Shown: positions 61,713 to 64,000 of the stretch, one piece after another | How positions within the stretch are numbered: the first letter of the stretch is position 1 | Layout: each line of letters begins with the position of its first letter | NCBI GenBank assembly: GCA_010093745.1 | Contig: MU005969.1 | Span: 62,001-126,000 of the forward strand | Direction of reading: 5' to 3' | DNA: 64,000 bases | DNA from: Piedraia hortae CBS 480.64 | Lineage: Eukaryota | The notes under the pieces: model-generated | Told to the model about the DNA's origin: nothing | The model's database searches: none | The model's input: only the letters and a program-made list of their open reading frames with translations | Program-made: the position numbers and the translations under genes

Positions 61713-62239
61713 GGTGGCTTATCGTAACCGCGTTTAGAGCATCAGACAATGGCTTCAAGCTACAGTCCCGGCTGTGTATTACTGCCTTGGGTGCCGCGAG
61801 ACAAGGCGCGATTAGTAGAGTTAAAAGAGAGAATAACTAGAGAGCGATTGAAAAGCAAAATGGGATCATGAGCCTCGTCCTCCTCGTCTGGAGTTCGCCC
61901 GTTGATTACGTGCATGAGTCACTAGTGGTCTCGTAATTTGGTCCTTTTTGAGCCTAGCGCATACTACATGAAGAAAGGTTTGTAACAATTTATCCCTGCA
62001 CCAGCCACATTTGCCCCTCAGGCTGCCGCACCGCCCACGTTGGGATTTTGGATCCCTTGCTTTGGACCCTTCCACCATTCCGTGTTCGGTCGGAAAGTAG
62101 TCTTGATCATGGGACAACTGGGAACGCACCATAAATTGCCTTGATTTCCACATGACAAAAGCGGTGCGATAACACTCACAGTCCACCGATACTCGCCGAA
62201 ACGGCATGCTATTCTCTTAATCACAAGTGGCGTCCAAGA

Positions 62240-63240
62240 TGTCCCACGACAACCGCAGAATGTTGTCGAGCGCCATATCAAAAGCGGCTCAACTGTGCAA
62301 GGTCCAGCAAGAAAGCAGTCCGATGTGGTATTCAGACTAACCTTCGTGCGTGATGGGGATGAAAAGTGTTCCAACCGGACCACGGCAAGTGTTGTACCTA
62401 TGTCGCAAGAGGCAGCTCCGAGACAAACTACTGCCTTAAAGCCTATGTGTGTCTCAACCCTAATGGGACGCATAATGCTGTATATCAGGAGTGGCCTTGA
62501 CTTCGGTGCCGAAACAGTTCGAAAAGCCTTCAAGGAGCCCGGTTCAGAGCAATAAATGAAGAATGCGCCAGCACTGTCGAAGAATTCCATGGCTGATCGC
62601 CTTCGGTGGGCCACTGAACACCTGTACTGGACCGTGGAGAATTGGAAGAAGTTCTTATTCTCCGATGAGACCAAGATCAGCCGTATAGCATGTGATGGTA
62701 TGCAATGGTTGTGGGCTTCCCCTCACGAAGCCGGATCTGAAGAACACAATGTGCGGGACCCTATTCAATACGGGGGCGGCCGGTCCATTGAGTGCAACGT
62801 TGTATTCCACCAGAATTATTCCAACCCGCTGAAACTAGAGTTGCAAATGGCGGAATTTGCCATTTCACTTGGCAAAGCTACCCTGATTTGGGGGTGCATG
62901 TCAGAAGCCCGGATGGAAAAGTTCGACTTTGTTGTCGGACGAGTGAATGCAACGCAGTGCGCTGGCATACTGCGTAACAGTCTTCGGGGAAGCACGCGCT
63001 CTCTCCGCTGCTGCAAGTTCCAGCAGGACGGAGACAGCAAGCATATTTCCAAGCTTGCCCGGAACTGGTTTGAGGGTAAAGGAATCATCGTTCTGGACTG
63101 TCCCCTTACTTCCCGGGCCTCAATTCCATCGAGGCCCTGCGGGAAACTGTGAAGAGGCTCAATATGAGGCCATTGCCAAGAGCCAGGAAGCTTTGAAGGA
63201 GAGAATAGACAAGACATGGGCCTTCGTCACACCTTGGAGG
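62240..63240 (+). mobile_element. Degenerate Tc1/mariner (IS630-Tc1) transposase remnant
   Basis: ETVRKAF..., PALS....RLRWATEHLYWTVENWKKFLFSDETKI, GGG...IWGCMS, FQQDGDSKH, and frameshifted FPGLNSIEAL (cf. SPDLNPIE). Contains a stop, a frameshift and insertions; boundaries approximate and no TIRs found. Confidence 0.85.
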
Positions 63241-63613
63241 TCGACAGGGAAATCACTAACCCACCACAACACCAATCCTCCGGCAACTCAAATAATTCAA
63301 GAACAGCAGGCGGCTTCTGATGCTGAACGGAGGGTGGAGAACTTGAATGTGAAGCTCGAAGACAAGTGGGCCTATGATACAAGTGATGATGCGCACGTTA
63401 TCAGCCTCTATGCCAAGGTAAACTTCATCGTTAGATCCACGCCAAAGAACTACTTCGTGGTAGCATGGCTTAGCGAGTTCTCGGTAGTAGTTATAGGCAC
63501 AGCCACTATTCTCGTCAACGATGTGACATTCCACCTGAGCGATGTTTGGTAAGGCATCGTGCCGATGTGGTAAAGGCCAAGGGTGATATAACGAAGTATT
63601 CTGACCGCTAATC

Positions 63614-64000
63614 ATGTCGCGCAACCCATCGAACTGCATATTGGCCACTGCAGCAGTTGCTTCATCGGCTCCTGTTGTCGCCGCCGTTGTCGAACAGTCG
63701 CTCATCGACGAAGAAGATGATGATGTTCCTTACTCTCCTCCAGACGCACCGACCACGCTGGACAATGTCGGTGCCGGTGCAGTACCCACACGTCGTCTAG
63801 TCACTGGCCCATACGAGTACTGTGGTGCGCACACGCGCTCGAGGCAGAGCACCTTCCAGATCCTGATGGACAAGCTCATGGTGTTAGGCTTGTGGAACAC
63901 ACGGTTCAACGCGGACGAGAAGGTTTGCATGTTCTTGACCTACAGTCCAAACAAGAGAGCCCATCGCCAGCTGCGTAGCCTGTACCTGCATTCCTTGAAA
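63614..64000 (+). mobile_element. PIF/Harbinger-like transposase N-terminal region (3'-truncated by window)
   Basis: Open frame from ATG 63614 to the window end: ...GPYEYCGAHTRSRQSTFQILMDKLMVLGLWNTRFNADEKVCMFLTYSPNKRAHRQLRSLYLHSLK. This resembles the Harbinger pattern R...TF..L...L...GL..TR....E.V.MFL........R.L...F.HS. Confidence 0.6.

Noticed and set aside
61761..61772. TA-CAGT... as a possible Tc1 left TIR
   Set aside because: No matching inverted copy seen downstream, and it lies only ~50 nt from the INO80 ATG.

Overview
Gene-dense eukaryotic DNA from a filamentous ascomycete (Pezizomycotina-type). Evidence: GT..AG introns mostly 43-57 nt with CTRAC/CTAAT-type branch points, very short intergenic spacers and Pezizomycotina-like protein sequences. 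About 33 protein-coding genes are supported, mostly housekeeping: RVS161, NOP2, PET127, ADE12, PHO88, ALE1, CenH3, Derlin, G6PD, a sucrose-type MFS transporter, a PH/LRR protein, an Edc1-like protein, RBX1, SPC1, ALR1-type CorA, MDH, CBF5, Spo12-like, Snf2/Sth1, HIS3, RPC19, NDUFA6, GSK3, MTO1, SLP1, BUD31, CBP80, a WOPR factor, CRD1 and INO80. A transposon-debris block (Tc1/mariner remnant plus a PIF/Harbinger-like ORF) lies at the right end. The two most notable features are (1) a 564-nt, in-frame, stop-free intron in RVS161, about 12 times the normal intron size here, which could give a long BAR-protein isoform, and (2) about 11 sharp C/A-rich to G/T-rich strand-skew inversions that ignore gene orientation. 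Calls come from motif recognition by eye; no database searches were run. No tRNA, rRNA or CRISPR features were seen.
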